Under the pieces are notes generated by a model. The model searched no databases, was not told where the DNA came from, and saw only the letters and a program-made list of their open reading frames with translations. A DNA stretch of 64,000 bases from Amphiscolops sp. MND2022 (taxonomy: Eukaryota), in NCBI GenBank assembly GCA_964187785.1, contig OZ076409.1:67086001-67150000 (forward strand), read 5' to 3'. Positions 48,701-61,683 of this stretch are shown here, in pieces. How positions within the stretch are numbered: position 1 is the first letter of the stretch; every line of letters begins with the position of its first letter. A program made the translations under genes and the position numbers.

Positions 48701-49870
48701 CACTCTTTACAAGAAACTGCCAATTTTTACTAGAATTTTACTTGATACTACATTTATACGTTGTTGAAAGTTTTTTATTCTACCAGAAGAAACCTCTCGT
48801 GATTTTTACCAAGTTTGCAAACAAGAAACGTCAACATTTGAAGTTTTTGGATTTTCGACTGTTTTGGGTCAATCTGTGGTATTGTTCCACCTGAAAAATT
48901 GCCAATTTCGCTATGAAAGGCGTACTGTCTGGTTGGATTTTCATCTGGAGCTTTTAATGCCTTCTAAGTTACGAAATATTACCCAAAACGCATTGAAAAT
49001 GTATAAAAGTGTCAATTGTGATATTCTCGAAGTTATTGACATCATAATCAGGGATTATGTCATGAATCTGCGGATATCTTTTTAAAAAGCCTACTGTATA
49101 ACAATTTCAATAATTGTTGAACGTTTTCAACATTCTAACCACGAAACGTTTTATAAAATTCACAAGAACTGAAACCTTGAATTTTTTTCGAGTTTTTGTC
49201 TCATTTGGAATGACTCTGAAGCAAAATACTGCAAATTTCTTGTCAAAAAAGCGTACTACATAGCTAGTTCTTTCCTCTTCGAAGGTTTTGAACCCATGAA
49301 TTCACTCGGAAATTGTACACAAATTGAATGAAAAGCGAGGAATACTGAAAAATTTCAGATTTTCTGTTATTTTGGTGTTGTTTTGAGGCAGTGTTGCATC
49401 GACAAAAGTATTCATCATTTCACAACAGCCTAGTGCACAACGACGTCGTTTCTTGTTGAACTGTTTTATCATTCTAATCCACGAAGTCGATCGAAAAATT
49501 GACAGAAATTGCATAAAATTGTGAAAATGTAACTTTTGGAATTTTTGCTTTGTTAGGTGAACTCTATATGTGAAACACTTCAACTTGGATATAGATTTAC
49601 CACATGGCAAAGTTTAGAAAAACCGCGGCTGATTTGAATATTTTTCTTTCGCATATGAACTATGGGCGGAAAATAAAATCATTAAAAACTCTTTCATGTG
49701 TTTCATATTTTTCTCACGCATTTCAGTATCTCAGTCGAAGTTAAAAGGGGTACGCCGAAAACTCATAAGAAAGTTATAAGTCTCAATATTTCTTGGTTCT
49801 TCCGAGCTGACTGTCGGCAGTGCTTCTAGAACTTTTCAAATTCCAATTTTTTACAGGTCTACATACAAAT

Positions 49871-50105
49871 ATGGTAGCTGACAATTACTGGTTATTGGCC
49901 ATGGCGTCTTTGCTGTTCATGGGGGAAGGCATGAATTCTTCCCTGTTGGCGCCTTTCTTCCCAAACGAGGCCATCGCAAAAGGACACTTCAGTCTACAGA
50001 TGGTGTCTGCAATTATGGTATCTTTCGAGATCAGTAAACTCATCGCAATGATGTCTCTATCCTTCTTCATCACTCCAGCTAATCAGACCATCTTCTTTTA
50101 CGCAG
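49871..50105 (+). CDS. SLC18B1: MFS transporter, SLC18B1-like, first visible coding exon
   Basis: MVADNYWLLAMASLLFMGEGMNSSLLAPFFPNEAIAKG; the SLLAPFFP.EA..KG motif is typical of SLC18B1. Preceded by acceptor TTTTTACAG at 49856. Confidence 0.75.
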
Positions 50106-50862
50106 GCAATGGTGTTCAATGAAAACTTATGACTAGTAATTTAAAAACAATAAGGACTTATGAACAACAACAGGTTCCCCTAGCATACTTGGGGGGTCTG
50201 TTCTTTAGGAGGTCCAACTTGCGGGGTCTATGCTTCATAATGGTATGGTAGGGGACTGTCATTCATTAGATCCAACAATAATTCAATTTATCCATTCTAT
50301 TCTAACGAAAGAGTTCAACTTTCTTGAAGTATTTCAAAGGTTCCCATTTAAGCAAATTTTAATTCAAAATTTTCAAAATGCTCACATCAAAACCTTGTTT
50401 TTGGAATAGTTCATGTAGTACCGAAAGTAGAATCCCCAGATGTGATTACCTTCAATCTGAAGTAACAAACAACTCCTTATTTTTTTTTAGGTTGAATCTT
50501 TGTTAAGACTCTTTGTTCCTAAAAATCTACAGAGGACTAAGATTATCTAGCTAGTTGTTTATTGCCAAAAAAACTGAAAAACTATGGGAACTTGTTGGTG
50601 CAATAAAAAATCTTTCAAAGCCCACAAAACAAAGGCAAGAAATTCTATAAACATAGACGAAAAGATGAGGTTTGGCAAACGGTATAAGGTAATGGGAATT
50701 ATATTTTGGCATGTTTTATGTGGGCACGTTTTTGTGTTTGGTATAAAAATTTTTTTCAGTTTCGAGAAAATTAGGAAAAATATTTCCAATTATAATATCT
50801 TGCTCAACGAGTAATTCGAAAATTACTAGGTACTATATTCCATTGAACACCGTTGCTCATAG

Positions 50863-51995
50863 GCGCTCTGATTTCTTCCACTTTTTGCGTTCTGTTTGGA
50901 TACATACCGGAATTATTCACTGGGAAAATTTTAATCTTCGCGTTTTTATTGGTCCAATTCATTCAAGGGTTCGGGGCCTCCATGACTTTCATGACCGGTA
51001 ATCCAATTTTCGTTGCTTTCTTCGAAGGCAAGGAAGCTAGGGTTACAAGTATCCTGGAATCTGCCTTAGGAATAGGGATCCTAATCGGACCCGCATTGGG
51101 TTCTCTTCTTTATTCCCTCGGGGGGTACAGACTACCCTTTACAGCAGTAGGCACTGCCGAGTTTTTCTTTTCCATAGCATGCATCGCGTTGATGATACAT
51201 TATTATCACAGGAAACGGTATATATCACTCGATATCAGTGATCTCGATGCTGAAGAGGGTCAAAAAATTGCACCTGCTAAAAAAATTGACCAGGAAGATT
51301 TGAATGGAATGAGAGTTGTGTCTAGCAACTGTTCGTTGAAAGCTTTCGTCATGAATTTCTCTGTAGTCTGTGCTTTTCTCCCAACTTTAATGATGGCCGT
51401 TGGGTCCGGGTGTATCACTGTCACCCTAGCACCCTTCTTACTCGACCAGTTCGGCATTGGCAGCAGCGAGTGTGGGTTCTACTTCCTCTGTTTTGGGGCA
51501 ACATACAGCGGGGGTGCCTTCCTAATAGGGTACCTCGGAGACAAGGGCTACTCTTTTCACATGCCCCTTTTCTTTTTACCTATCGCTTTCATAGGATACC
51601 TCGCTTTTGCTTGCATGCTTTTTGTACCTGCGATTCAAAGTCGATACACAGTTCTTGCAATACTGGCCCTGGAAGGATTTTGTCACGTCGGAGGCGCGTT
51701 TGTTCCCGCTTTCCGAAACATCGAAAAAATTGCGCTTTTGGAAGGTTTCAGAGATGTGGCCAATGTTCGACTGACAACCACCAATTTGCTCATGTTTATG
51801 TACATTCTTGGCAGGGTTATTGGGGTTTACGTGGCTGGTGGACTTTTCTCTGGCTATTTTGGCTTTTCCGCGGGAATGCTGATGGTAGCAATTGTGATAA
51901 GTTTGTCATGGCTGTTTTACTGCTACCCAATTTACAAGTTTGACTTGCTCAATAATTCGTCAGAAAGACAACCTTTAGTTTCAGACTCAGAATAA
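50863..51995 (+). CDS. SLC18B1: MFS transporter, SLC18B1-like, terminal coding exon
   Basis: About 10 hydrophobic helices. Motif ESALGIGILIGPALGSLLYSLGGYRLPF. C-terminal dileucine-like ERQPLV. AATAAA at 52095. Acceptor CATAG at 50862 in matching phase. Confidence 0.85.
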
Positions 51996-54059
51996 CTTTT
52001 TGCACAGTCATTTTATTTTTGCAGAATTTATTGATCTCCGAGGCAATATATTTGATATTCCTCAAAATATCAAATCTTGATTTCTTCAATTCTTAATAAA
52101 ACTTTTATTTGAACTATTCTTTGATTGAGTCATTAAGCCAGTGTACTAAAACGGAAGTTTTCGACTACCAAATTCCAACATACTATGAAGTGATACAAAA
52201 AGCTACTGAGGTCCATCAGCGGTACGCGGAAGTGTTTAACCGCTCAATAGAGATGCTCAAAAGATTCTAACAGCCCCAAATACAGAAAAATAGCAGCTTT
52301 TTAAGATCCGGACAACTGAAAAATAAAGTGAATCAAATCAGTTCATGACAAAGGGTGGTGGCATCATGAAAAATACTTGTATTACCATTAAGTCAGGAAA
52401 CGGCTCTAGTCGGCACCCCGTTTAAGTCTCAAAAATACAGTCACCGAGAACTCTGATGTCCAAAACAAACGGGCCGTTTGGGCTCAAATAAGTTTTGTAT
52501 CACCTGGAAACATAAAAAAAACATTTTATTGAAGAAAACAACGAAGAAATTGAAGAAGTTAGGCTTTGTGACTGTTGCGTACTTTTTGTTAAAAATGCAA
52601 AAACAAAAAATATAAACTGCTTTCGATGCTCAAAAGACGTTCAATTTGTCGTTTTTGTAAAAAAAATCTTTGGAAAATTTGATTCATCTGTGGCAATAAC
52701 CCTATATTAGAGACAGGAATCGCTGTTAACCGGGTGTTTTATTTGGCCAGTTAGAGCAAATGAAATCGATTTTTTTTTAAAAAAAATTAAAACACTGGAA
52801 AAAAAGGTCGTTGCCAAAATTTTCTGAAAGGGATATTTTTTTGGATATGATTATTCTAAATTTGATTATTTAATAGTAAAGAATTAAGTAGTTTTGCTAC
52901 AAATCGAGGCTTTTAGATTTTGAAAAAAAATGAATACTTTCATGAGCAACAAAAATTATCCAATATTCTTCGAGATGAATCACGCTGAGAAACTCAATTT
53001 GGTCTTTTCCACTTTACGCGGGCGCACAGAACAAAGCTAAAACATTTATCTATTCCTTAATAACTGGGATTGTGAATGACTGGATACCTTAAATTTGAAG
53101 AACTTACTATTTTCCTTCGACGTTTAATTACGATTTTATGAACCTAGTAATCGTATTTGTTCGCTAGTTACGAACTTAGTGTTTTCTTGATGTCGTCGAG
53201 AAAAGAAGATTCAGCACATCAACCATAATGACCTATTCACTCGATAGATGAAAGTTTCAGCAGCAAAAGCTACAAGCCACAAGAGACTTTTATCAAGACA
53301 ATCTTACAAAACATCGTGGTCAATTTTGGGCATTATCAACAGTCCTATTCCTCAGTACGTTATGCTTAGAAGCATGACTGTTACCATGCCAGATTAGGGC
53401 TAAGGATGCTATGGTTGTTTAGTTGGCGCTTTATGAAACGAAACACGCGAATTATAATGGCTTTTCGGATATAATGAACGACAGGCCCATCCCCAATTAT
53501 GCTTATAGAATTGAATTGAGTAGATTTCGATGTTCTGCGCTGACACTAAGAGGTCAGTGAAAATATACAGACGTAAAGGAAACGCATTATCCATTCTAAT
53601 AATCAGGTGAACGCTGATGAGTACCACTTTTTACTGGTCTGCGCTGAGTTACAATACTTATGTACAAAATACCTAAGCAAGCCCCTGACAAGCACCTAAG
53701 ATTAACGCACCGCGATATTCACTTCTTGTTCAGTCCCCAAGTATGCTGGAGTGCTTTCTCCAGATGCAACCTGGTAGGCACGTACTTCATAAGGGTGCAA
53801 AAATATCAAAAGCTCTACACAGAGGCAAAGCCGTGTTTCGCAAACTCTTGCGAAGAAAGCTATGAACTTTTCAAGAGAAAACCAAATAAGCAGTATCATA
53901 TGGACAACCAAGAGTAACAAGACAATATTGTTAAAATTTCATCAATTTTACAGCCGCAAAAATACCCGAAGGGATACGTACAAGTCTCGAAAACCATTTC
54001 CTCAACTTGAAACAGCAAAAAACTTATCTTCCTGAATAATAAAAACGAATTTTTTCCGG

Positions 54060-54963
54060 AATTTTTCGAAATTTTTTGATGAAGGTCTCCGGTAACATCC
54101 ATTCTGCTGCAAAATATCAAAACACTGAAGGGAGAACCTTTGGAGACTTCAAAAAAAGTTTTTTTTTGAAAATGGGAATTTCGAACAGTCTCATAGTGCC
54201 GAAAAATCTGAATGAAGGGACCCTTTGGGATGTTTTAACACTCGTTCTGTTGTAAAATATCAAAAATTGAAAGGAGGCCCCTTTGGCGACATTAAATTTT
54301 TGAAAAAAAGTCTGACAAAGCCGAAAAGAGGGGGTCTCATAGTGCCGAAAAAAGTAGAAACTTTCTGCTTCGGGATGCTTGTGAAATTAGCGCTTACGCA
54401 CCGGTTCGAACACGAACCCTCTGGCTTAAAAAGCAAGCATCTTACCACTAGACCAAGAACGCCTGAACTGTGCGAGTTACGGGCTGAAACGAGAGGTGTG
54501 GCGCGGAAAATAGTGCCCACACTTCCCATAACACTTGCTTATCGCAAGTGTAAAGAAAAGCTCAAGTACTAAAGAGGGCCACGTGGGTTGAGGGTCCCCT
54601 TCCTTTTTTGACATTCAAATTACAAAGCTGTACGTAGATTTTTTGGCACTCTGCGACTTTTCATTTTTGTTCCATCTTCAAAGGCCAGTCTTTGGGTTTT
54701 TGATATCTTCAGCTGGGGAATTGGCTTTTTGGGTGCGAAAGGTCCCCCTTTTGTTTTTACGGCAGTGCAACGTCGAAATTTTTGACTCTACAAGAAGGTT
54801 CGCATTTTTTCTTCATATTTATTCAAGTAGAAAAAGCCTTTCGTTCCATCGATTTTTTGGCAGAGATTTTGAGAACCTTCAAAAACAGTTCCTTAACGAT
54901 TTGAAGTATTTTGCGCTTTTCGAGTTTTAGGCGGGCGCCGACGTATGCCGTTTCCGACTAGTT
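54060..54963 (-). mobile_element. Helentron/DINE-like repeat carrying a tRNA-derived segment
   Basis: End GGCGCCGACGTATGCCGTTTCCGACTAGTT is the reverse complement of the family terminus. Shares GGGACCCTTTGG and GTGCCGAAAA motifs. Left boundary approximate. Confidence 0.5.
54389..54462 (-). pseudogene. tRNA-derived segment with Pol III A and B boxes
   Basis: Minus strand TGGTCTAGTGGT (A box) ... GTTCGAACC (B box). Acceptor stem imperfect; embedded in a repeat. Confidence 0.6.
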
Positions 54964-55843
54964 GAGTTTTTAGGATTAAATTAAAAATCCATTTGGATTA
55001 TACTTTGTAAGGAAGTTTTTTGTCGATTAGCCATAATTGCATCTCTTCTCATCAGAAAACATCGAATGCAGAGAACTTTGTTGAAAATTTGAATTCCCGA
55101 TTACTTAGAAATCTAAATGCAAAATTCTATTATATACAAATATTTTACTCGTTTTGCAATGAAGCAACAGAACATTGCTATTGAGGTCTCGGCAAAACTT
55201 TCAAGTTAAGAAAATATCCTTATACTTTCGAAGTGTAATATGAACTGCACATTAAGCTAAGGCAAAAGGGGCTACATTTCCGACAAACTGAAATTTAAAT
55301 TTAATCATCCCCATAATAAGAGCAAATACATGGCGAATATAATTAAAATTGACTTACAGAAATGTAGCTGAATGAATTTTGAATTATCGCGAAACTTAGC
55401 AAGGCGTTCCAGTTGCTTTTATATACAAATTGATTATACAAAATTAAAATTTCATAGCTTAAAACTACTATAATTTTACCAATAAAAATTAAGTATACCA
55501 TAGTTAATCTCCAAAAATTTGAGACAGCCAGTCTAGTGAAAGCGCTCTTCGAGTATTAAATATTCATCATTCTATCTTTTCTACATTGGTTCCAATTTTA
55601 ATAAATAGCACCCGGAGAATAATCGTTGAAATTCTGGAAGCAGCATAGAATGAATTGTTTGTGAACAAGACAACTGTTTAATTGATCATGCATCTACAGC
55701 ACAGGGCAAGCTAGCAACGAGCAAAGAGATGCAAGTGCAACCAATGACGCCATCATCTCAGTGACGTCATCGACAGATCACGTGACATTTCGACTACAGC
55801 CAACCTGCATGCGCAAACACGATTCGCTTTTGAACTGCTAACG

Positions 55844-55961
55844 TCAGACCTTTTTGGTCGCTCCTGTTTTCCACAAATGGTTGGGAATGGTGAACCCATC
55901 CACCGAAACCGACATGGTCTTGGATGGAATTAAGGAAAACGTTTTGGAGCCTGAATTGTAC
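55844..55961 (-). CDS. CAMSAP: CAMSAP/Patronin terminal exon (end of CKK domain)
   Basis: Manual translation (K)YNSGSKTFSLIPSKTMSVSVDGFTIPNHLWKTGATKKV*. Acceptor TTTCAG; phase matches the upstream exon. Confidence 0.93.
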
Positions 55962-55980
55962 CTGAAATAATCAACTTGCA

Positions 55981-56648
55981 CAGTCCTGTGATAAAAGAAT
56001 GGAACCCCTTTGGTTTTTAATTTTGGAGCGTCTAATGATTTTGCGAATTTCCCAAAAAAAGGTCAATTTTTCAAAAAATGATGGAAACGAAAGTTTCTTG
56101 GATTTTTGTCTAGTTTACATTCCATTTCTAGAGAAGTTTTAACACTAACTTAATAGAGAAGAATGAAACAACTTGCAAATAATTTTTACATGTAAAATAT
56201 TGGAAATTTAGTTGCATAGTCTAAATAAGGAGCAGAAGCAGGTCATTATTTACTTTTTAATATAGTTCAAGGTGCCCAGTATTGACTGATTACACTCGAA
56301 AATTTTGAGCAACCTAAAGTGCGCATGTAAAAAAATAATCACATATCCGTAGTCTTAAATGAATCGGAAAATGAATGAAAACTAATCAAACTTGTTGCTA
56401 AATCAGGAAAAAATCAAAATTGGTTTGCAAAACCAAATATTACAGATAGGTATTGAAATAGAATTGCCGCACTATTTGCCATAAAAGGTTGAAACAACCA
56501 CGAATGTAAATTACATGAAACTTCAAGAAATTTTTGATTATCAATTATTCAAGGTTTTTTTTATTATCAATAAATAGAGATTTGGGCAGAAAAATGAGTT
56601 CTAAACATTAAAATCAATTAGGGGTTCCATTCTTCTATCACAGGATTG
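55981..56648. mobile_element. Tc1/mariner-type MITE in the last CAMSAP intron
   Basis: 29-bp TIR CAGTCCTGTGATAAAAGAATGGAACCCCT with 2 mismatches to the right end. Flanks CA and TA (degenerate TA TSD). Confidence 0.8.
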
Positions 56649-57766
56649 TATTGCCAATGAAACAACAGATAGCGGATGTTTGCCCATAACTCCCCCAAAC
56701 CTCGGCGCCTGGGGTTTGGTCAAATTTGATGACGATGTAAGGTTTTGAAATTAATATAATGCAATCAACTGATGGAACCTTTCGAGATGTCCGGAACTGA
56801 AAATGTTTCTCTTTGTATTTTCACACACGATATAATCTGGGCAAACTACATAAGTGTACACATGTGATACAAATGTTGATATATAAATATTATGAGACAT
56901 CAGAACCCCAACTTAGGGTGATTACAACTTGACGTGAAAAGAACTTTGAACAAGAACATTAATGACAAGCAAGGCCAGGGTTAAACTTCAGCAGTATCAA
57001 GCCTAATACACTAAAATGATGATGAAAAACATGCTCATGTGGTGCAAATGACGGGAATATTTTCAGATATATTTATGCCGATCGAGAACACAAGTTACGT
57101 GGCATTTTGCAGACCATAAGAACTCACTCAACATATGATATGTCATCTAAGGCGCTACTTGTCAAATGTTCATAACTTCATTCGCAACGGCAAGAAAATT
57201 TTTGGAGAATATTTCTGATACCCCCAATTGAACCAAACAAGACGCCCATTGAGCACCCGAATATTTTCTACCATATTAGCGAGACCATATTTGCAAAGCG
57301 TGGACGTAGCCGACACTCTATCAAACTTGCACAAAAAGTTCAAAAAACGAATTCTTTTGGGTTTGTTTGGTTCAATTGACACTTAAGTCGAAAAAACTTG
57401 TTCAGTTGTTGAACTCCGTGGATATTCATACGCACCAACTCATTCAAAAACTGTATTGCAAAATTGTATGAAACGGTGAAGAATTGAAATTTTTGGTTTT
57501 AAAAACTCTTTCTGGGGCATTATTTTAGGTCATCCTTTCAAAAAACATATCCCACGAAACTATATTTTTAGTCAGCGCATTTTAGCAGAAAATGAGCGCG
57601 ACTGCTACAGTGGCAAGTTTTTTCCGTCAGATAACAGATGTATGTGTAGTGGACACTTATTACAGAAAGTACTAAACAACTGGACCGGCCAAGTCCGGCC
57701 AGCGCAAACATCTAAGTTAGTGCAGATGGTCCCATTCATTTATTCTATATTTAACGTAACATACAA

Positions 57767-58314
57767 AATCGGACGAGACTAAATGGTCCCCTTTTTCAAA
57801 TTTTTGGCACTGAGATTTTTTTTTCGAAATTTTTTAATGTCTCCAAAGGTTCTCCCCTTCTATTTTTTTCGATATTTTGGAACAGAATGGATGTTTAAAA
57901 AGCGCAAAGTGTCACCCTTTTAGATATTTCGGCACTATGAAACTGTCAAAATTCTCAATTTCTCAATATATATCCACCAGTAATTTTTTCCAATAATATC
58001 TGAATTTTTGATGTTATATCCGACGTAAGCTGCGTTCCACTAAAAAGGAGGTTGAGGTTCTGAAATATTGCGCTATATCCGAATTTTGACGTTATACCCG
58101 AATTAAATTGCGCTTTACTAAGGAAGAGTTCGAAAAAAGCTCTCCCATGTGGCCCATCACACTATATCCGTACTTTTGAAGTTTTCCGTGCACGAAAAGC
58201 ACCCTTTGGATGTTTCGACACTTTTTTGTTAGTTTTTCATAAAAAAGTCCTGAGGATATTTTGCGCTTTTTCAGTCTTAAGTGTAGCGCCGACTTGAGAC
58301 GTTCCCGTCCTGTT
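57767..58314 (-). mobile_element. Helentron/DINE-like repeat (related subfamily)
   Basis: End TAGCGCCGACTTGAGACGTTCCCGTCCTGTT is the reverse complement of the family terminus. Internal TATATCCGAATTTT repeats. Left boundary approximate. Confidence 0.5.
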
Positions 58315-58355
58315 CAACGTTGAAACTTGTAAGAAAACATCTATTTTCAGAGTAT

Positions 58356-58783
58356 AACAAGACGGGAACGGCATAAGACGTCGCCATATCTAAATCTCAA
58401 AAATAGCACAGGGACTTCAAAGTGTCAAGTATTTTCTTCTACAGTACACGTGAAACCCAAAAGTCGAATCGAACTAGCGCCCTTTCTGATTTTTTAACAT
58501 CCATTCTGTTGCAAAATATCAAAAAAATCGAAGGGGGTACCCTTTGGAGAAAAAATTCAAAAAAGTCAGACAATGCCGAAGAAAACTGAAAGGGGGACCC
58601 TTTAGTCACGTCCGGTATTGTACGCTACGCTGAAAAAAGGAAAAATTTTTATAGTTCAGTTCCTTGGGCCAAATGGTCCAATTTGACACCTTAAAATTTC
58701 GTAGAACTTTGTAGAACTATATATAGTCGCGTATATAGTCACGAATATAGTCGCGTTTCACTTCATGAAGCGCCGACTAAAAA
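58356..58783 (+). mobile_element. Helentron/DINE-like repeat
   Basis: AACAAGACGGGAACGGCATAAG ... GAAGCGCCGACTAAAAA; homologous to 12860-13303. Confidence 0.6.
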
Positions 58784-58848
58784 TGACCACAGCAAAATTC
58801 TGCTTTCCTATATATGGAATATGGGCGGAAATTGAAAGTTTTTCTAAC

Positions 58849-59140
58849 TTGTACAAATCCAAAATCATGTCCTCCTTGATCACATTGGGCCCAGTGCCGA
58901 CCACTTTTGAGATGAAAGCGGTGTCGGGGTCGAAAGAGTACAGGGCTCGGTACTTCATGTTGTTGTCTCTGAACAAGAGGAGGAAGTTCCTGCCGTCCTC
59001 TTCACCTCGGCTGTTCATCTCTCGCAGCACCTTTTTCTTCTGCTCCAAATTGACAGCACCAGGTAGAACACACTGGTTGATTGCGTTGATGATTATCTGC
59101 TTGTTGCCTCTCGATTGAGGCTTCACGTACAGTTTCAATG
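58849..59140 (-). CDS. CAMSAP: CAMSAP/Patronin exon encoding most of the CKK domain
   Basis: LKLYVKPQSRGNKQIIINAINQCVLPGAVN...FLLLFRDNNMKYRALY...GTGPNVI...LYK; AG/GT boundaries. Confidence 0.95.
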
Positions 59141-59277
59141 CTAAACATTAACTGTATGTTAGTCCTGGATTTAAAAATTCAGATAAAGTGATCAATTCCG
59201 CACATTTGACGTTTCACAGCCAACATGAAACCGGCACTAAATCAAGAAAAACAGAATAGGTCTCTAGATAGACTAAC

Positions 59278-59388
59278 GAGTTCCTTGTTGACCACCAGTT
59301 GACGACAGATTAGAAGTTCTTTCCGATCGTATCTCTTCACGCTCAGTTCTAGGACCTCTAGCGGGTAAATGCTGAGCTTGACCAAGTT
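59278..59388 (-). CDS. CAMSAP: CAMSAP/Patronin linker exon
   Basis: 111 nt, phase 1-1, LGQAQHLPARGPRTEREEIRSERTSNLSSTGGQQGT(P); canonical splice sites. Confidence 0.8.
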
Positions 59389-59464
59389 CTGAAAGGAGAG
59401 ATATCTCAATCATGCTTTTCTTTGAATAAAAAACCCAACTGATTTCAATATATTACCCCCTTAC

Positions 59465-59667
59465 CGTTATTGGAGGTTGAACTTTTGACCCTCGGGGCCA
59501 CTTTGGCTTTTGGTCTGAGAGCAGAGTTTGTATGATTCGGAGACTCTTCTTTGTCTTCCAATGGGTAGTTAGAGCCTCCGTCGAAATTCTTTCTGCCTTG
59601 GTCTGACTCTTTTTGCATCTTCAACTGTTCCTGTCGACGATGGTTATCTATCTCAATTTGCAACTTC
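59465..59667 (-). CDS. CAMSAP: CAMSAP/Patronin exon (end of coiled coil and linker)
   Basis: KLQIEIDNHRRQEQLKMQKE...; GTAAGG donor; phases consistent with neighbours. Confidence 0.8.
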
Positions 59668-59807
59668 CTTAAACAGTGTGTCTCATGTTGTCACTCATTC
59701 ATACCATACAGAAAATGAAAATAAAAGCATCTGATTGGCAAGATCCTGGTGCCATTAAAAAAGCATGATTTTTCAAACCATAAAACCTTGTGAAAATGTC
59801 AATTCAC

Positions 59808-59932
59808 CTTTTCTCTTCCTTCAGACGTTCCTTTTCCATGGTGAGTGCCTGTTTTCGCATTTTGTGATCAGCTTCTAGTTTTTCAGCCCGCTTCTTTAAC
59901 AGCTGCTTCCGTTTTTCTTCGTAGTCGATCAT
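59808..59932 (-). CDS. CAMSAP: CAMSAP/Patronin coiled-coil exon
   Basis: MIDYEEKRKQLLKKRAEKLEADHKMRKQALTMEKERLKEEK; TTTAG acceptor, GTGAAT donor. Confidence 0.82.
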
Positions 59933-60194
59933 CTAAAAATGAGTAACATGGATAATTGCAAATAATATTGGGTATCACAAATCAAAAACAAAAATTATAA
60001 AAAACACTCTAGTTTTTAAAATCACAATATGCGGTTGTTCACATTTTCCGGTTGAAATGTTTTAGCGACGGAAAATTCGCGAACTGCGTTGTTGAGACAA
60101 GGAAGTCATCATTTTTGAAGTCATTTCTCAATTTTTGGACGTTTCTCGGGAGCTCAAGTAAGTTTGCAGAAGCAATCATTTTTTTCATGCCGAC

Positions 60195-60493
60195 CTTAAG
60201 TTCGTTAGTCTCCTCGCCAATAATAAGGGCAACCCCGTTAGGGGCAACTCTAGCACTGATGCAGCCCTTGTCCCCATTCAGAGTGAGATCTTCACTCGGA
60301 AGCCTCGTTCTGCTCTTACTGTTGGACCGAATATCGTTCTGACTGTCGCCCCATGTTTTGCGACCTGTCCGACTACTCATTGAGCCCCTGGGCACAGGAG
60401 TGGCTGTGAACGGTGACCTGATGTCGTTAGCGTAGTCCACCAAAGGGTTCACCACTTCCGGTGTGTCGTACGGTGCTTCCAAAGTGTCCACAT
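60195..60493 (-). CDS. CAMSAP: CAMSAP/Patronin exon (disordered region)
   Basis: 299 nt, phase 1-0, containing RKTWGD; canonical splice sites. Confidence 0.75.
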
Positions 60494-60681
60494 CTAAAAA
60501 AAGTTTCAGTCTGGAGAATACGCACTTCTCAAAAAGATTAAAAGATTAAAAATCAAAAACTTCTGAAAATTCGATGACTGCCAGCAAGTTGTAGCATAAA
60601 CAGACACGACTTCTGTAGTTACAAAAATGCAAAATAGGTTTCGAAGAAAAGAAAGGTTTCAAAGATCAATCATGGACTAAC

Positions 60682-61100
60682 CATCATTTCTGATATCGTC
60701 AACTCCAAAACTATCGTTGGATTGGTAGCGCCGTTCTAAAGCAAAGATGTCATCATCCAAAAACATTTGAATCCACGATCCACCACCGTCAATACAATTA
60801 AATTTAAATATGGACAAACCCGAAGCATTATTATTGGATAGACTGCGTCTGAAGACATTAGTGGCTTCCATTCCCCCCAAAGACCGGGAAAGGGGGTCGT
60901 TGTTAGAGCGAGGGGCCGACACGAAAGAGGAGCTGTTCAGGGTGAGGTTCTCGTTCGAGGATGGAAGACTAAGAGGAGGCGAATTCGCGCCGGCACCCCC
61001 ATTCTCCAAATCATGCACGGATGAAGCCGGTTGGCCACTGAAACACGCCTTTTTCACATGTTTCCCCCATTGAGACGAGTTGTTTGTACAATTATTAGGT
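60682..61100 (-). CDS. CAMSAP: CAMSAP/Patronin upstream exon(s); 5' boundary uncertain
   Basis: Ser-rich open frame ending at a GTTAGT donor. Probable in-frame 84-nt intron at 60736-60819. The N-terminal CH domain was not seen in the window. Confidence 0.55.
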
Positions 61101-61683
61101 GTACCAGTGCAAACCACCGGGGAAAATAAGTCTTCGAACACAGAATGACGCAGCGTTTCTCTGACTACATTGAACGTCATTGCTACCAGTTAAAGTTTCG
61201 AGAAACTGTTCATGACACAAGTGGAAGAAAACCGCAATAATTCGAATCATATGTCATTATCGACTCGTATGTTATTAACAATCAACAAAAGAACTTTTGT
61301 ATACATTGGAAAACATAAGAACAATGTCAGCGAAACAAAATTTAGTAAAGAGGCCCATTGAGCACCGGGATATTTTACGACTTGAATTATTTTAGTGATA
61401 TTTTTAGGGCTCGAACGTAGTCACTGCACTACGGAACTTGCACAAAAAGTTCAAAAAAGTATGTTTGCTTTTTGTTCATTCTGCCTTTCAAAAACTTCAA
61501 GATTTGTTTATTAAAAACGCATGTTTAGTAGCTAATTGTTTTCGTTGAATTCTGTGGATATTCACACTCACGAAAACATTTTGTAGAAAACAAAATTGTA
61601 GAAAAATTGCATAGAACAGTCAACAATTTGACATTTGGGAGCACGCTTCTCAGAAAAGTTCGAATATCTCCAAATACATTTGC

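Noticed and set aside
46000..49700. Short ORFs and motif fragments (GTGACCTCTAGTGACC, ACCTCTAAACTATGC x2)
   Set aside because: Look like old non-coding repeat debris; no ends, domains or splice-consistent exons could be supported.
54389..54462. Functional tRNA gene
   Set aside because: Acceptor and anticodon stems do not pair properly and the segment is embedded in an interspersed repeat. Similar B-box remnants at ~16590-16640 and ~13770-13800 were also rejected.
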